The notes below the pieces were generated by a model. It was not told the DNA's origin and did no database searches. It saw only the letters and a program-made list of their open reading frames with translations. This document shows positions 56,227 through 64,000 of a DNA stretch of 64,000 nt, piece after piece (the first letter of the stretch is position 1; the number at the start of each line of letters is the position of its first letter). The DNA lies in assembly GCA_963697755.1 (NCBI GenBank), contig CAVOPE010000013.1, forward strand, positions 138,676 through 202,675, read 5' to 3'. A program made the translations under genes and the position numbers. This stretch comes from an uncultured Gemmatimonadales bacterium (GTDB taxonomy: Bacteria > Gemmatimonadota > Gemmatimonadetes > Gemmatimonadales > GWC2-71-9).

Positions 56227-56517
56227 ATGGCAACATCGCTGTCCAAAGCCCCCCTGCTGAGTCGTCGTGCCGCCGTCTTCAAGGCTCTCGGGGAGCCGAC
56301 CCGCCTGCGGATGGTGGACTTCCTGCGAGAGCACCGGGGAGAGGTCACCGGCCGGAAGTTGGCCGAAAGTGCCGGTATCAGCCTGGCGCTCCTCTGCCAC
56401 CATGCCGATGCGCTGGTCGATGCCGGGGTCGTCTTCAAGCGCAAAGAGCGGCAGACCAGTTACTGGCGGATCAATACTCGAGCACTCGCTGACTTGAGGC
56501 TGTACCTCGGAGGCTAG
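56227..56517 (+). CDS. ArsR/SmtB-family transcriptional regulator
   Basis: FKALGEPTRLRMVDFLREHRGEVTGRKLAESAGISLALLCHHADALVDAGVV is a winged HTH. Confidence 0.8.
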   Translation: MATSLSKAPLLSRRAAVFKALGEPTRLRMVDFLREHRGEVTGRKLAESAGISLALLCHHADALVDAGVVFKRKERQTSYWRINTRALADLRLYLGG

Positions 56518-56541
56518 CAGTGCACGGCAGCGGGAGGGTAA

Positions 56542-56576
56542 ACGGCCGGCGCAACAGCGTCGGCCGTTTTTTCTTT
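56542..56576 (+). terminator. Rho-independent terminator within repeat module copy K
   Basis: ACGGCCGGCG-caacag-CGTCGGCCGT (one mismatch) plus TTTTTTCTTT. It is flanked by CAGCGGGAGGGTAAAC and TCGAGGCTCCGCC boxes like copies A and E. Confidence 0.75.
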
Positions 56577-56595
56577 CGAGGCTCCGCCGGGCGAC

Positions 56596-57490
56596 TCAAG
56601 CCAGCGCTCTCCGCAGGCCATGGCGTCCCAGGATCACGATCCCGATCAGCAACACCGGTAGCACCTGCACCGCCTGGAGAGCGAGCCCTGCGGCGACTGC
56701 CTGGGCGACCGGTACACCAGCGGGCCTGAGCCCGAGCACGACGGCGCCCTGCACGATGCCCACGTTGCCCGGTGTGAGCCGAAAGATGCCGCCGAGGTTC
56801 GACAGCAGCAGCGCGAGCGCCGAAGCGTACGGGGTGACGGCTGCATGAGTGGCGGCGATCGACCAATGGTAGGTCGCCCACTGGAGTGTCCAGGAGAGCA
56901 CCGCGAAGGCGAGTGGGGCGGCGAGCCGAGCCACGGTCCATTCCTCGGCCGGCTCGATGCCGCATGGCTCGCGGGTGAAGCCACCGCGCCCAGCGGAGCA
57001 GGGCCGCGGCCGTTGCGGCAAGCGCCGCGGCCCCCGCCAGGAGCCGCCACCCATGGATCACGCCCTCGCTCGTGGCAACTCTCGCCGCGAGCGCTGTGAG
57101 AAACACGGCGAGCCCCGCCGCCTCCACCACCCGGCTGGCCGCGATCGAGCGCGCCGCCACGCCGCCTCCAACGCCGTCCCACACGGTCACCAACCTCAGG
57201 CGAGTCGCCTCGCCGCTCATGGCGATGCCGACCGAGCCCACGGCGGCGCCTGCGAAGGTGGCCGCTTGCGCCGTTCGCATGGTCGCCGGGGCGACGCGGC
57301 TCAGCAGCAGGTACCATCCGGCCGCCTTGCAGGCGAGCGAGAGCAGATTCGCCCCGCCTGCCGCCGCGAGTAATCCCCAGTCCGCGGCTGCGAGCGTGCT
57401 CCACGTGTCCGTCCAGGGAAAACGGACGGCGTAGTGCACCCCGGCCACCAGCACCACGATTCCGAGCGCCCATCGCCACCACCCGCTCAT
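56596..57490 (-). CDS. UPF0104 / lysylphosphatidylglycerol-synthase-TM-region-like flippase-type membrane protein, one frameshift near 56940-56990
   Basis: ATG at 57490 overlaps the upstream stop (ATGA). The N-terminal helices are in ORF 56471..57790 and the C-terminal helices (…LLSNLGGIFRLTPGNVGIVQGAVV…) are in ORF 56596..57054. Confidence 0.7.
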
Positions 57491-58185
57491 CCGACGCCGA
57501 GCCCGTCGAGCGAGCGGAAGTCGTATCCCATCCCACGACAGTCCTCGATGATCCCGGGCAGCGCGTCGGCGGTCTGCCGGCGGTCGCCGCCAGGATCGTA
57601 CCCATCGCCGTCGTGCAGCAGCAGCACCGCACCGGGTCGGGCACCATCGCGTATGCGCCGGCGGATGACCTCGGCGCCCGGGCGGGCGGTGTCCCAGACG
57701 CCGAATGTCCATCCGAACACCCGATAACCGTAGGCAGCTACCTCTCGCCGCACATACGGATTGCGGTAGCCGTGCGGCGCGCGGAAACACCCTGGGGCGA
57801 GGCCGGTCGCCGCCTTGATCGCGGCGTGGGCGGTACCGATCTCCCAGGCGGTCCGCCTCGGCCCCGCCAGCGCGAGACGCATATGCGTGTGCGTGTGGTT
57901 ACCGATGCCGAACCCGGCGTCCGCCACCAGGCGGGCCAGGCTGGGAAACCGCTCCACGTGCCGCCCCACCATGAAGAAGGTCGCGGGCACGTTCTCCCCC
58001 TCGAGGGTGCGCAGGATCCGCTCGGTCGTGTGGGGATTGGGCCCGTCATCGAAGGTCAGATAGAGTGCGTGCTCCGGGGGCCCGCAGCCGACCACCGGGC
58101 CGAAGACCGGGCTGTTCGGCGCGAGCAGGCCGTGGGCCATCACTGCTGCCCCACCGACCGCGGCGCCGAGCAGCCCGGCCAGCAT
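57487..58185 (-). CDS. Polysaccharide deacetylase (NodB homology domain, CE4)
   Basis: LTFDDGP, the HTHTH metal motif, and RAPHG and LLLHDG motifs are present. The ATG shares 1 nt with the GT4 stop. Confidence 0.85.
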   Translation of the reverse strand: MLAGLLGAAVGGAAVMAHGLLAPNSPVFGPVVGCGPPEHALYLTFDDGPNPHTTERILRTLEGENVPATFFMVGRHVERFPSLARLVADAGFGIGNHTHTHMRLALAGPRRTAWEIGTAHAAIKAATGLAPGCFRAPHGYRNPYVRREVAAYGYRVFGWTFGVWDTARPGAEVIRRRIRDGARPGAVLLLHDGDGYDPGGDRRQTADALPGIIEDCRGMGYDFRSLDGLGVG

Positions 58186-59312
58186 CAGTGCATGACCCGC
58201 CGGTAGACGCCCATCACCTGCCCCGCGATCCGCGGCCAGGCGTAGGCTTCCGCCTTGCGGCGCCCGGCGATGCTCATCGCCGTGAGGCACGGCCGGTCGT
58301 CGAGCAACTCGAGGATCGTGTCCGCCCACGCGCGCGGACGGCCCCTCCTCACCAGCACCGCCTCGCTGCCGCCGGCGACGAGCTCGCGGAATCCAGTGAT
58401 GTCGGAGACTACCATGGGCGTCCCGCACGCCATCGCCTCGAGCAGCGTGATACCGAACGAGGCCTGGGTGGTGGGACAGAGATAGAGGTCGGCGCCACCG
58501 TAGTATCGGGGGCGATCCCCGTTCACCCGGCCGACGAAGGTCACCGCCGGACCGAGTGGCCGTGCCAGTCGCTCGTACACCCGACGCAGCGGGCCATCCC
58601 CCGCCACGGTCAAGCGCACGTCGGGGCGGCGCTCATGCACCCGCGCCATCGCCGCGATCACGGTGTCCAGACCGTTGCGCGGATCGAGCCGGCCGAGAAA
58701 GAGCAGGCTCCGACCCGCCGCCCCCGTGTCCGGCCGACGCTCCGCGCGGAAGAACTCAACGTCTACGCCATTCGGGATGATCTCCCAGTCGGCGTCGAAG
58801 TACCGCGCGTGGGCGTCGACGACGGGCTGACTTACCGCGATCGTCGCCGCGAGCTGATCCAAGCGCTGCTGCAGCGGTCGGCGGAAGATGCGGCACAGGG
58901 CCGAGCCCGCGAACCAGGAATGGAAGGTCGCGACAACGGGCAAGCCGAGGTCCCTGGCGGCATCGGGCGCCACCAGCCCCAGGGTCGGATTGAGCCCGCC
59001 GTGAACATGGACGACCTCGATGCGCTCGCGGCGGAAGAGCTCGCGCAGCTGGCGCCGCAGGTTCAAACCGGTCGTCACTCGCGCGAAGGAGCTGGCGCTG
59101 TAGATGGTCCGGCTGGTGCCCAGGCGACGGACGAAGGGTGGGTCGCCCGCGTCGTGGTCCAGGTCGGGACAGCGGGCTGGTGGGTCCATGTTGGCCGTCA
59201 CGACGATCGCGGAGTGGCCCCGCCACTGAAATTGAAGCGCCAGGTTGTGGACGTGCTCGGTGACGCCGCCGAGATGGGGGAAGTAGTACTCCGTGACGAG
59301 GGCGATCCGCAC
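58185..59312 (-). CDS. Glycosyltransferase family 4 (PimA-like GT-B)
   Basis: RIALVTEYYFPHLGGVTEHV..., and FGITLLEAMACGTPMVVSD (EX7E region). Confidence 0.85.
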   Translation of the reverse strand: MRIALVTEYYFPHLGGVTEHVHNLALQFQWRGHSAIVVTANMDPPARCPDLDHDAGDPPFVRRLGTSRTIYSASSFARVTTGLNLRRQLRELFRRERIEVVHVHGGLNPTLGLVAPDAARDLGLPVVATFHSWFAGSALCRIFRRPLQQRLDQLAATIAVSQPVVDAHARYFDADWEIIPNGVDVEFFRAERRPDTGAAGRSLLFLGRLDPRNGLDTVIAAMARVHERRPDVRLTVAGDGPLRRVYERLARPLGPAVTFVGRVNGDRPRYYGGADLYLCPTTQASFGITLLEAMACGTPMVVSDITGFRELVAGGSEAVLVRRGRPRAWADTILELLDDRPCLTAMSIAGRRKAEAYAWPRIAGQVMGVYRRVMH

Positions 59313-59522
59313 CGCTGCTCTCCGAAAGGACCTGCCGAGCGGCGGGGCAAGAACACGGCCAACGCGAAAGCCGCGGTAGGATCAGGAGTTTCGGGATGCA
59401 CCCTCGACCAGGGGCCGTTCTGTCCTGCAGCCAGACCGCATCGCCGGACAATCTGTCCTCACCAGGCCGGGTGAAGCCGCCCCGACGCTGAGCGACGCCG
59501 ATGCACCCGCGCCGGCTGCCCG

Positions 59523-61166
59523 TCACGTCGCGCGACGGCCAGCCGTGCCGCCCGGCCGGTGCTTCGCCCACCACTCGCGGGCGCGCACCGGCGTCCACTC
59601 GCCGCTCAGCCGAACGCCGTCCAGGCGCAGGCTCAGCTCGTCGGCCGTCTGGGGTCTGGCTTCCGGGCTCTTGGCGAGGCAGTCGAGCACGATGGCCTCG
59701 AGGTCCGGCGGAATCGGGAGCGCCGTGCGGCGAGAGGGCGCCTCGGGCTCCCGATTCACGTGCATCATGATGGTCTCCATCGGGGTCCGGCCCTCGAACA
59801 CCACCGTCCCCGTCAGCAGCCAGTAGCCCACGCAGCCGACGGCGTACAAATCGCTGCGACCATCGATCCCCGTATCCCCGAGCGCCTGCTCCGGCGACAT
59901 GAACGCGGGCGTGCCGCCGGCGGCCTGATCCACGGTGAGCTGGTCGGCGTCGTCATCCCGCCGGCCGTCGTGCTTCACCAGGCCGAAGTCGAGCACCTTG
60001 ACGAAATCCAGCTTCCGCCCGTACTGGCAGGCGAAGACGTTGGCGGGCTTGATGTCCCGGTGGATCAGGCCGGCGGCATGCGCCTCGCCCAGCGAGTCGC
60101 AGATCTGGCGCAGGAGATGCACGGCCCGTTCCGCCGGCACCGGCCCCGCGCGCGCGACGAGCTCCCTCAGGTCCAGTCCGTTCAAGAGCTCCATCACATA
60201 GTAGAACGTCCCGTCGTCGGTCACCCCGAAGTCGTACAGCTCCACGGTGTGGGCGGAGCGCATGAGGGCGGTGGCCTGCGCCTCCTGCTCGAACCGGCGC
60301 ACCAGCACTTGTCGCGCATCCATGTCCCTGGCCCCCAGGATCTCGGGGCGGATGAGCTTGATCGCGGCGGGCCGGGCCAGCATCCGGTGCTCGGCACGCC
60401 ACACCTCTCCCATGCCGCCCGCGCCGAGCCGCTCACGGAGCCGATAGCTCCCCAGCTCGCGCGCCTCGCGGACGGCGGCGCCCAGCCGATAGACCACACG
60501 CGAGCCGACGTACGCCATGATCAGCACGATGATGTAGGGGAACACGAGCGAGAAGAAGAACGGCCCAGGGTCGAGCCGCAGATTGGAGCCGAACGCCATC
60601 CCGGCCGCGTAGGTGAGCGGAACGGTGGCGACGGACAGCACGGCCGCCATGAGCGTGATCGCCGGGCGGGTGGGGACGATGACGCTGAACAGCATGACCC
60701 ACGGCGCCACCCACGAGAGGCCGAAGCCGGCCGGCAGCATGTCCTTGGTCATGAGCATCGGCGAAGCCACGTCGTGGTACTCGGCGGCCGCGATGCCGAA
60801 ACTGGCCAGCACCTCGAAGGCGAGGCCGAGCCGCAGCTTCAGCCCGGCGGACAGGCGGGGGTGGGAGAGCAGCGCCGCTACCAACGCGCCCCCGGCAATC
60901 GAGCCCAGGGTTGGAATCCAGTAGCTCGGCATGCCGAGCATGAACGCGCGGCCCTCGGCGCTCAGCAGCATCGGGAACAGGCCCGCCAGGAAGTACGCCA
61001 GCGTGTACAACCAGGCCAGCGCCCGGATCCGGCGCACCGACTCGTTCAGCACGTCCGCCGGCATGGTCCACCAGCTGGTCCGGCGGCTGGATGACGATCC
61101 GGTGGGCTCGGCGTGGATCAGCGTCGTGTGTGGGTGCGCCTCGCTCGGCAGGTCTGGCGCGGCCAT
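59523..61166 (-). CDS. Ser/Thr protein kinase with N-terminal polytopic membrane domain
   Basis: About 6 predicted TM helices, then LGAGGMGEVWRAEH, HRDIKPANVF, DFGLVK and GTPAFMSPEQ. Confidence 0.85.
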   Translation of the reverse strand: MAAPDLPSEAHPHTTLIHAEPTGSSSSRRTSWWTMPADVLNESVRRIRALAWLYTLAYFLAGLFPMLLSAEGRAFMLGMPSYWIPTLGSIAGGALVAALLSHPRLSAGLKLRLGLAFEVLASFGIAAAEYHDVASPMLMTKDMLPAGFGLSWVAPWVMLFSVIVPTRPAITLMAAVLSVATVPLTYAAGMAFGSNLRLDPGPFFFSLVFPYIIVLIMAYVGSRVVYRLGAAVREARELGSYRLRERLGAGGMGEVWRAEHRMLARPAAIKLIRPEILGARDMDARQVLVRRFEQEAQATALMRSAHTVELYDFGVTDDGTFYYVMELLNGLDLRELVARAGPVPAERAVHLLRQICDSLGEAHAAGLIHRDIKPANVFACQYGRKLDFVKVLDFGLVKHDGRRDDDADQLTVDQAAGGTPAFMSPEQALGDTGIDGRSDLYAVGCVGYWLLTGTVVFEGRTPMETIMMHVNREPEAPSRRTALPIPPDLEAIVLDCLAKSPEARPQTADELSLRLDGVRLSGEWTPVRAREWWAKHRPGGTAGRRAT

Positions 61167-61409
61167 GTGTGCTCGGTGCGTGGTTTCCGGGTGTACCGTT
61201 GGCTGGTCGGGGCGACTGGCCAGTCACAGTGGCATCGCCGCTAGTGGAAGGTAAGGCCGACTTGACGTTCCCGGACCCCCGATGAATGTTGGCGGCGCGC
61301 GCGGCCACGCGGCTCGCGCTCTCCCCCCGAGTCCGATGGAACCAACGGCGCACGTCCGCTGTGCTCCGTCCACCCGCCGGGAGTCCTCACCCGCGTACAG
61401 GAGGACAAG

Positions 61410-61856
61410 ATGGCGCAAGCAACCACACTCTCCCCGCAGGCCCTCGCCGACGCCGCCAAGGCGCCCTTCCTCGCCTACAACGACAAGGATTGGACCAAGG
61501 CGAAGGCCACCATCACGCCGGACTTCACCTATGACGAAGTCGCCACGGGCCGAACGGCGACCGGCGCCGATGCGGTCATCGAGGCATGGAAGGGCTGGGC
61601 CCAGGCGTTTCCCGATTCCAAGGGCACGATCCACAGCGCGCACGTCGCGAGCGACGGGACCGTGGCGCTCGAGGTCACGTGGAAGGGCACGCACAAGGGG
61701 CCGTTGCAGACACCGAGCGGGGCGATCGCACCGACCGGAAAGTCCATCGAGGTCCGGGCCTGCGCGATCGTCGAGCTCGCCGGGGATCGGGCCAAGGGCC
61801 AGCGGCACTACTTCGACATGGCGACGATGCTGCGGCAGCTTGGAGTGACTGGCTGA
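61410..61856 (+). CDS. SnoaL-like ester cyclase / NTF2-fold protein
   Basis: CAGGAGGA RBS. ...AVIEAWKGWAQAFPDSKGTIHS...KSIEVRACAIVELAGDRAKGQRHYFD. Confidence 0.75.
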   Translation: MAQATTLSPQALADAAKAPFLAYNDKDWTKAKATITPDFTYDEVATGRTATGADAVIEAWKGWAQAFPDSKGTIHSAHVASDGTVALEVTWKGTHKGPLQTPSGAIAPTGKSIEVRACAIVELAGDRAKGQRHYFDMATMLRQLGVTG

Positions 61857-61884
61857 GACGTCGCACCTTGCTCCCGTCGATGAC

Positions 61885-61910
61885 GAGGCCGGCCCCCACG
61901 GGCCGGCCTC
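61885..61910. terminator. GC-rich hairpin between convergent genes
   Basis: GAGGCCGGCCC-ccac-GGGCCGGCCTC with an 11-bp stem. The U-tract is weak (TGTCGTAT). Confidence 0.55.
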
Positions 61911-61941
61911 TGTCGTATCGACGGTGCCGGGGACGCTCCAG

Positions 61942-62652
61942 TTACCAGGCTTCGACGCCAAGCTCGCGTCGCAACCCGCGGCGGCCGACCGCGGTCGGGC
62001 GGGTGACCCGGGGCTCGTCCGTTCGCTCGATCCACCCGACCTCGAACAGCCGGGTACACAGCGCGGCTCCCAGCGCGCCGGCCAGATGATACCGCCGCTC
62101 GCTCCAGTCGAGGCACGCGCGGGCGAACACGGACCGTGCGTCCCTCGCGCCCCCGACGTCCACTCCGAGTCGAGCCAGGCCGAGCTCGCCCGCCGGGTGC
62201 AGCACGAACGTCCGATTGTCGAGCTCGAGCCACTCGCGGCGGACGAGCGCGTCGGTGATCGAGACGCCCAGGACGCCGGCGAGATGCCGATAGCAGGTGC
62301 GCCCGCGCCGGATCGCGCTGTCCGCGAACGCGGCGGCGGCCGTCCCGTCGGGGCACGGCGGCGGAGCGAGCGCGGCGAGCGTCTCCAGCAGCTCGACCAG
62401 CCGCTCGGGATCGCGCAGGCGGTAGTAGTGGTGCTTGCCCTCCCGCTCCACCGCGAGCAAACCGCCGCTCACCAGGCGCGCCAGATGGGCGCTCGCGGTG
62501 GGCGCGCGGACTCTCGCACGGTGGGCGAGCTCGCCCGCGGGCCTGGGCCGGCCATCGGCGAGGGTGAGCAGCATCGTGGCACGAGCGGGAACGGCGAGCA
62601 GCGCCGCCGTCTGGGCGACCGGAGCATCCGGCAAGGCAGAATGGCGTGGCAT
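61942..62652 (-). CDS. ArsR-type winged-helix regulator with C-terminal extension
   Basis: LLAVPARATMLLTLADGRPRPAGELAHRARVRAPTASAHLARLVSGGLLAVEREGKHHYYRL. Confidence 0.7.
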   Translation of the reverse strand: MPRHSALPDAPVAQTAALLAVPARATMLLTLADGRPRPAGELAHRARVRAPTASAHLARLVSGGLLAVEREGKHHYYRLRDPERLVELLETLAALAPPPCPDGTAAAAFADSAIRRGRTCYRHLAGVLGVSITDALVRREWLELDNRTFVLHPAGELGLARLGVDVGGARDARSVFARACLDWSERRYHLAGALGAALCTRLFEVGWIERTDEPRVTRPTAVGRRGLRRELGVEAW

Positions 62653-62699
62653 GAGTGAACTCTAGCCACGCCATCGTTCGTTCGCGGACGAAGCGACCG

Positions 62700-63555
62700 C
62701 TAGCTCACCCGGATCCGGGCGACCATTCCGTGCTTGGCATGCGACTGGTGATCCGCCGCATCAGACACGAAGCAGACCAACGCGTAGTCGCCGGGCTCGA
62801 GGTTCACGGCCACGTAGTTCACACCCCCCGGTGCGATCTCGGTCGTCGCCACCGGTGGGCTCACCCGGCGGTGGACCGACGAGGCGTGACGCCCAGGCCA
62901 GAAGGTCGGCCGGCGTCTTTCCCTCCGCGAGGCGAAACAACACCAGCTCGTGCGGCTGGCTGCCCGCGTTCTCGACCAGGATCACCTGCCGGCCCGCATG
63001 CAGTGTCGCGGCGCCGGCGAACGCATACTCGGCGAGCAGGATGCGCGCGTCCGCCTTGGGCTCGGCCGCGGGCCCACGATCCGACGATGGAACGACCACC
63101 AGCGAATGGACCATCCCTTTCCTGAAGTGTGACTTCCCATCCGTGGGCGAGGGGATGAGACAGATCATCGCGTACGATCCCGGGTCCAATCGCAGGAGCA
63201 CCTCGCTCCCGTGCGTGCCGGGCACGTTCGGCCCGCCCACGGGCTCGGCCCACGCGGGCAGCCGCGCACCCGCCGCCACGCTGTCCCGGAACTCGGCGAA
63301 GCTGTGACGCTCGCCGATCCGGAGCAGCTGCAGGTGGTGCAGCTCGCTGCCCCGATTCTGGAGTCGGATCCGCGTGAGCCCGGCGCGGACGGTATCCGGG
63401 GCCTCGAATGCAAAGTCGCGGGTGCGCACGTCGATGGTCTGCACCGGAGCGACCTCGCGGGCCGCCGCCGAGCCCGAGCAGGCGGCGGCCACCGCGCCGG
63501 TCACGGCGAGCGAGAGCACGGCCGCGAGCCGGGCCATGGGTGCGCGCCGCCTCAT
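62700..63555 (-). CDS. Two-domain cupredoxin-like lipoprotein, one frameshift near 62845
   Basis: VAAAC is a lipobox. Domain 1 ends MICLIPSPTDGKSHFRKGM. After a 1-nt shift, domain 2 reads TTEIAPGGVNYVAVNLEPGDYALVCFVSDAADHQSHAKHGMVARIRVS, with the stop at 62700. C...H...M spacing is type-1-copper-like. Confidence 0.65.
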
Positions 63556-64000
63556 GGCTGCGGCTCGCCGTAGATCAGGTCGTCGAGCGCGACGAGATCG
63601 ACCGCCCCACCCGCGCTGATGTCGTTGACGCCCGCACCCAACGCGCCCTGGCCGAGGGTGAATCGCACCCGCGCGACCGCGCGCGAATCGAACATGACCC
63701 CCACGAACGAGAGCCCGCCGGCGTCGCTCCTGACGGGCGCCGCGTAGTGTCCGATCAGGCGGCCGTCCGCCGCGTAGTAGTCGAGCGTGGTCGCTCCCTG
63801 CGTGTCCACGTCGGTGAAGACCGCGCCCAGACCGCTCACCAGGGCGGGCGTGGTCGTGCCGGCCACCCGAAACGTCATGTCCAGCACGTTGCTGCCGACC
63901 GGCGCGAAGATCTTGTTGACGCTGAAGGTGCTGAACTGCTGGGCGTACGCCGGATTGACCCCATCGAACAGGGTGCTGTCGTTCCGGAATCCGGACCCGC
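63552..64000 (-). CDS. Hypothetical protein, 5' end outside the window
   Basis: The frame of ORF 63552..63887 stays open to the window end (…NDSTLFDGVNPAYAQQFSTFSVNKIFAPVGSN-VLDMTFRV…). The stop overlaps the next start (ATGA). Confidence 0.55.
   Translation of the reverse strand, partial: GSGFRNDSTLFDGVNPAYAQQFSTFSVNKIFAPVGSNVLDMTFRVAGTTTPALVSGLGAVFTDVDTQGATTLDYYAADGRLIGHYAAPVRSDAGGLSFVGVMFDSRAVARVRFTLGQGALGAGVNDISAGGAVDLVALDDLIYGEPQP

Noticed and set aside
1-64000. CRISPR arrays, rRNA/tRNA genes, IS elements, integrases, prophage
   Set aside because: I saw no regularly spaced short direct repeats, no cloverleaf-compatible sequences, and no transposase, integrase or phage structural protein among the six-frame ORFs.

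Overview
This is a GC-rich bacterial chromosomal segment (about two-thirds G+C by eye, not computed). I read about 60 protein-coding genes. I found no rRNA, tRNA, CRISPR array, transposase or integrase. The gene content includes Hanks kinases with a TolB-N/TPR tail, many outer-membrane beta-barrels, a GMC/Gfo/DUF1080 sugar-oxidation set, and frequent ATGA/GTGA start-stop overlaps. That fits a Gram-negative soil-type lineage such as Gemmatimonadota or Acidobacteriota, but this is inference only.

Main blocks, left to right:
- Omp85-family 3' end, then small secreted proteins.
- A Ser/Thr kinase whose TPR tail is heavily frameshifted.
- A glutamine-synthetase-like ligase, aldehyde dehydrogenase and Fe-alcohol dehydrogenase operon.
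- An alpha-carbonic anhydrase.
- A BtpA, PfkB kinase and decayed psuG cluster.
- A sulfotransferase plus glycosyltransferase pair.
- Tandem DUF1269-like paralogs.
- An ArsR plus SRPBCC pair, and DUF899 plus DUF2182.
- A tandem USP next to an orphan membrane-anchored TAXI binding protein.
- A four-gene DyP-peroxidase cluster.
- A selenocysteine formate dehydrogenase locus with permuted/split gene order.
- An orphan PD-(D/E)xK-like protein.
- A GMC / subunit-3 / Gfo-Idh-MocA / DUF1080 block bracketed by a ~225-nt direct repeat copied from the 5' end of the downstream RND efflux operon (MFP-RND-OMF).
- MarR-DoxX with two identical palindromic operators.
- A FadL-like outer-membrane protein.
- A membrane kinase, GT4, deacetylase and UPF0104 operon.
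- A two-domain cupredoxin lipoprotein.

The items most worth a second look:
1. A recurrent intergenic module with conserved boxes flanking sequence-variable GC hairpins. I cannot assign it to a known family.
2. The Sec-UGA/SECIS and the circularly permuted FDH gene order.
3. The repeat-bracketed 6.9-kb block.
4. The uncharacterised DyP cluster.
5. About two dozen frame disruptions, which are either gene decay or assembly indels.

I did not identify a clear-cut novel defence or mobile system.
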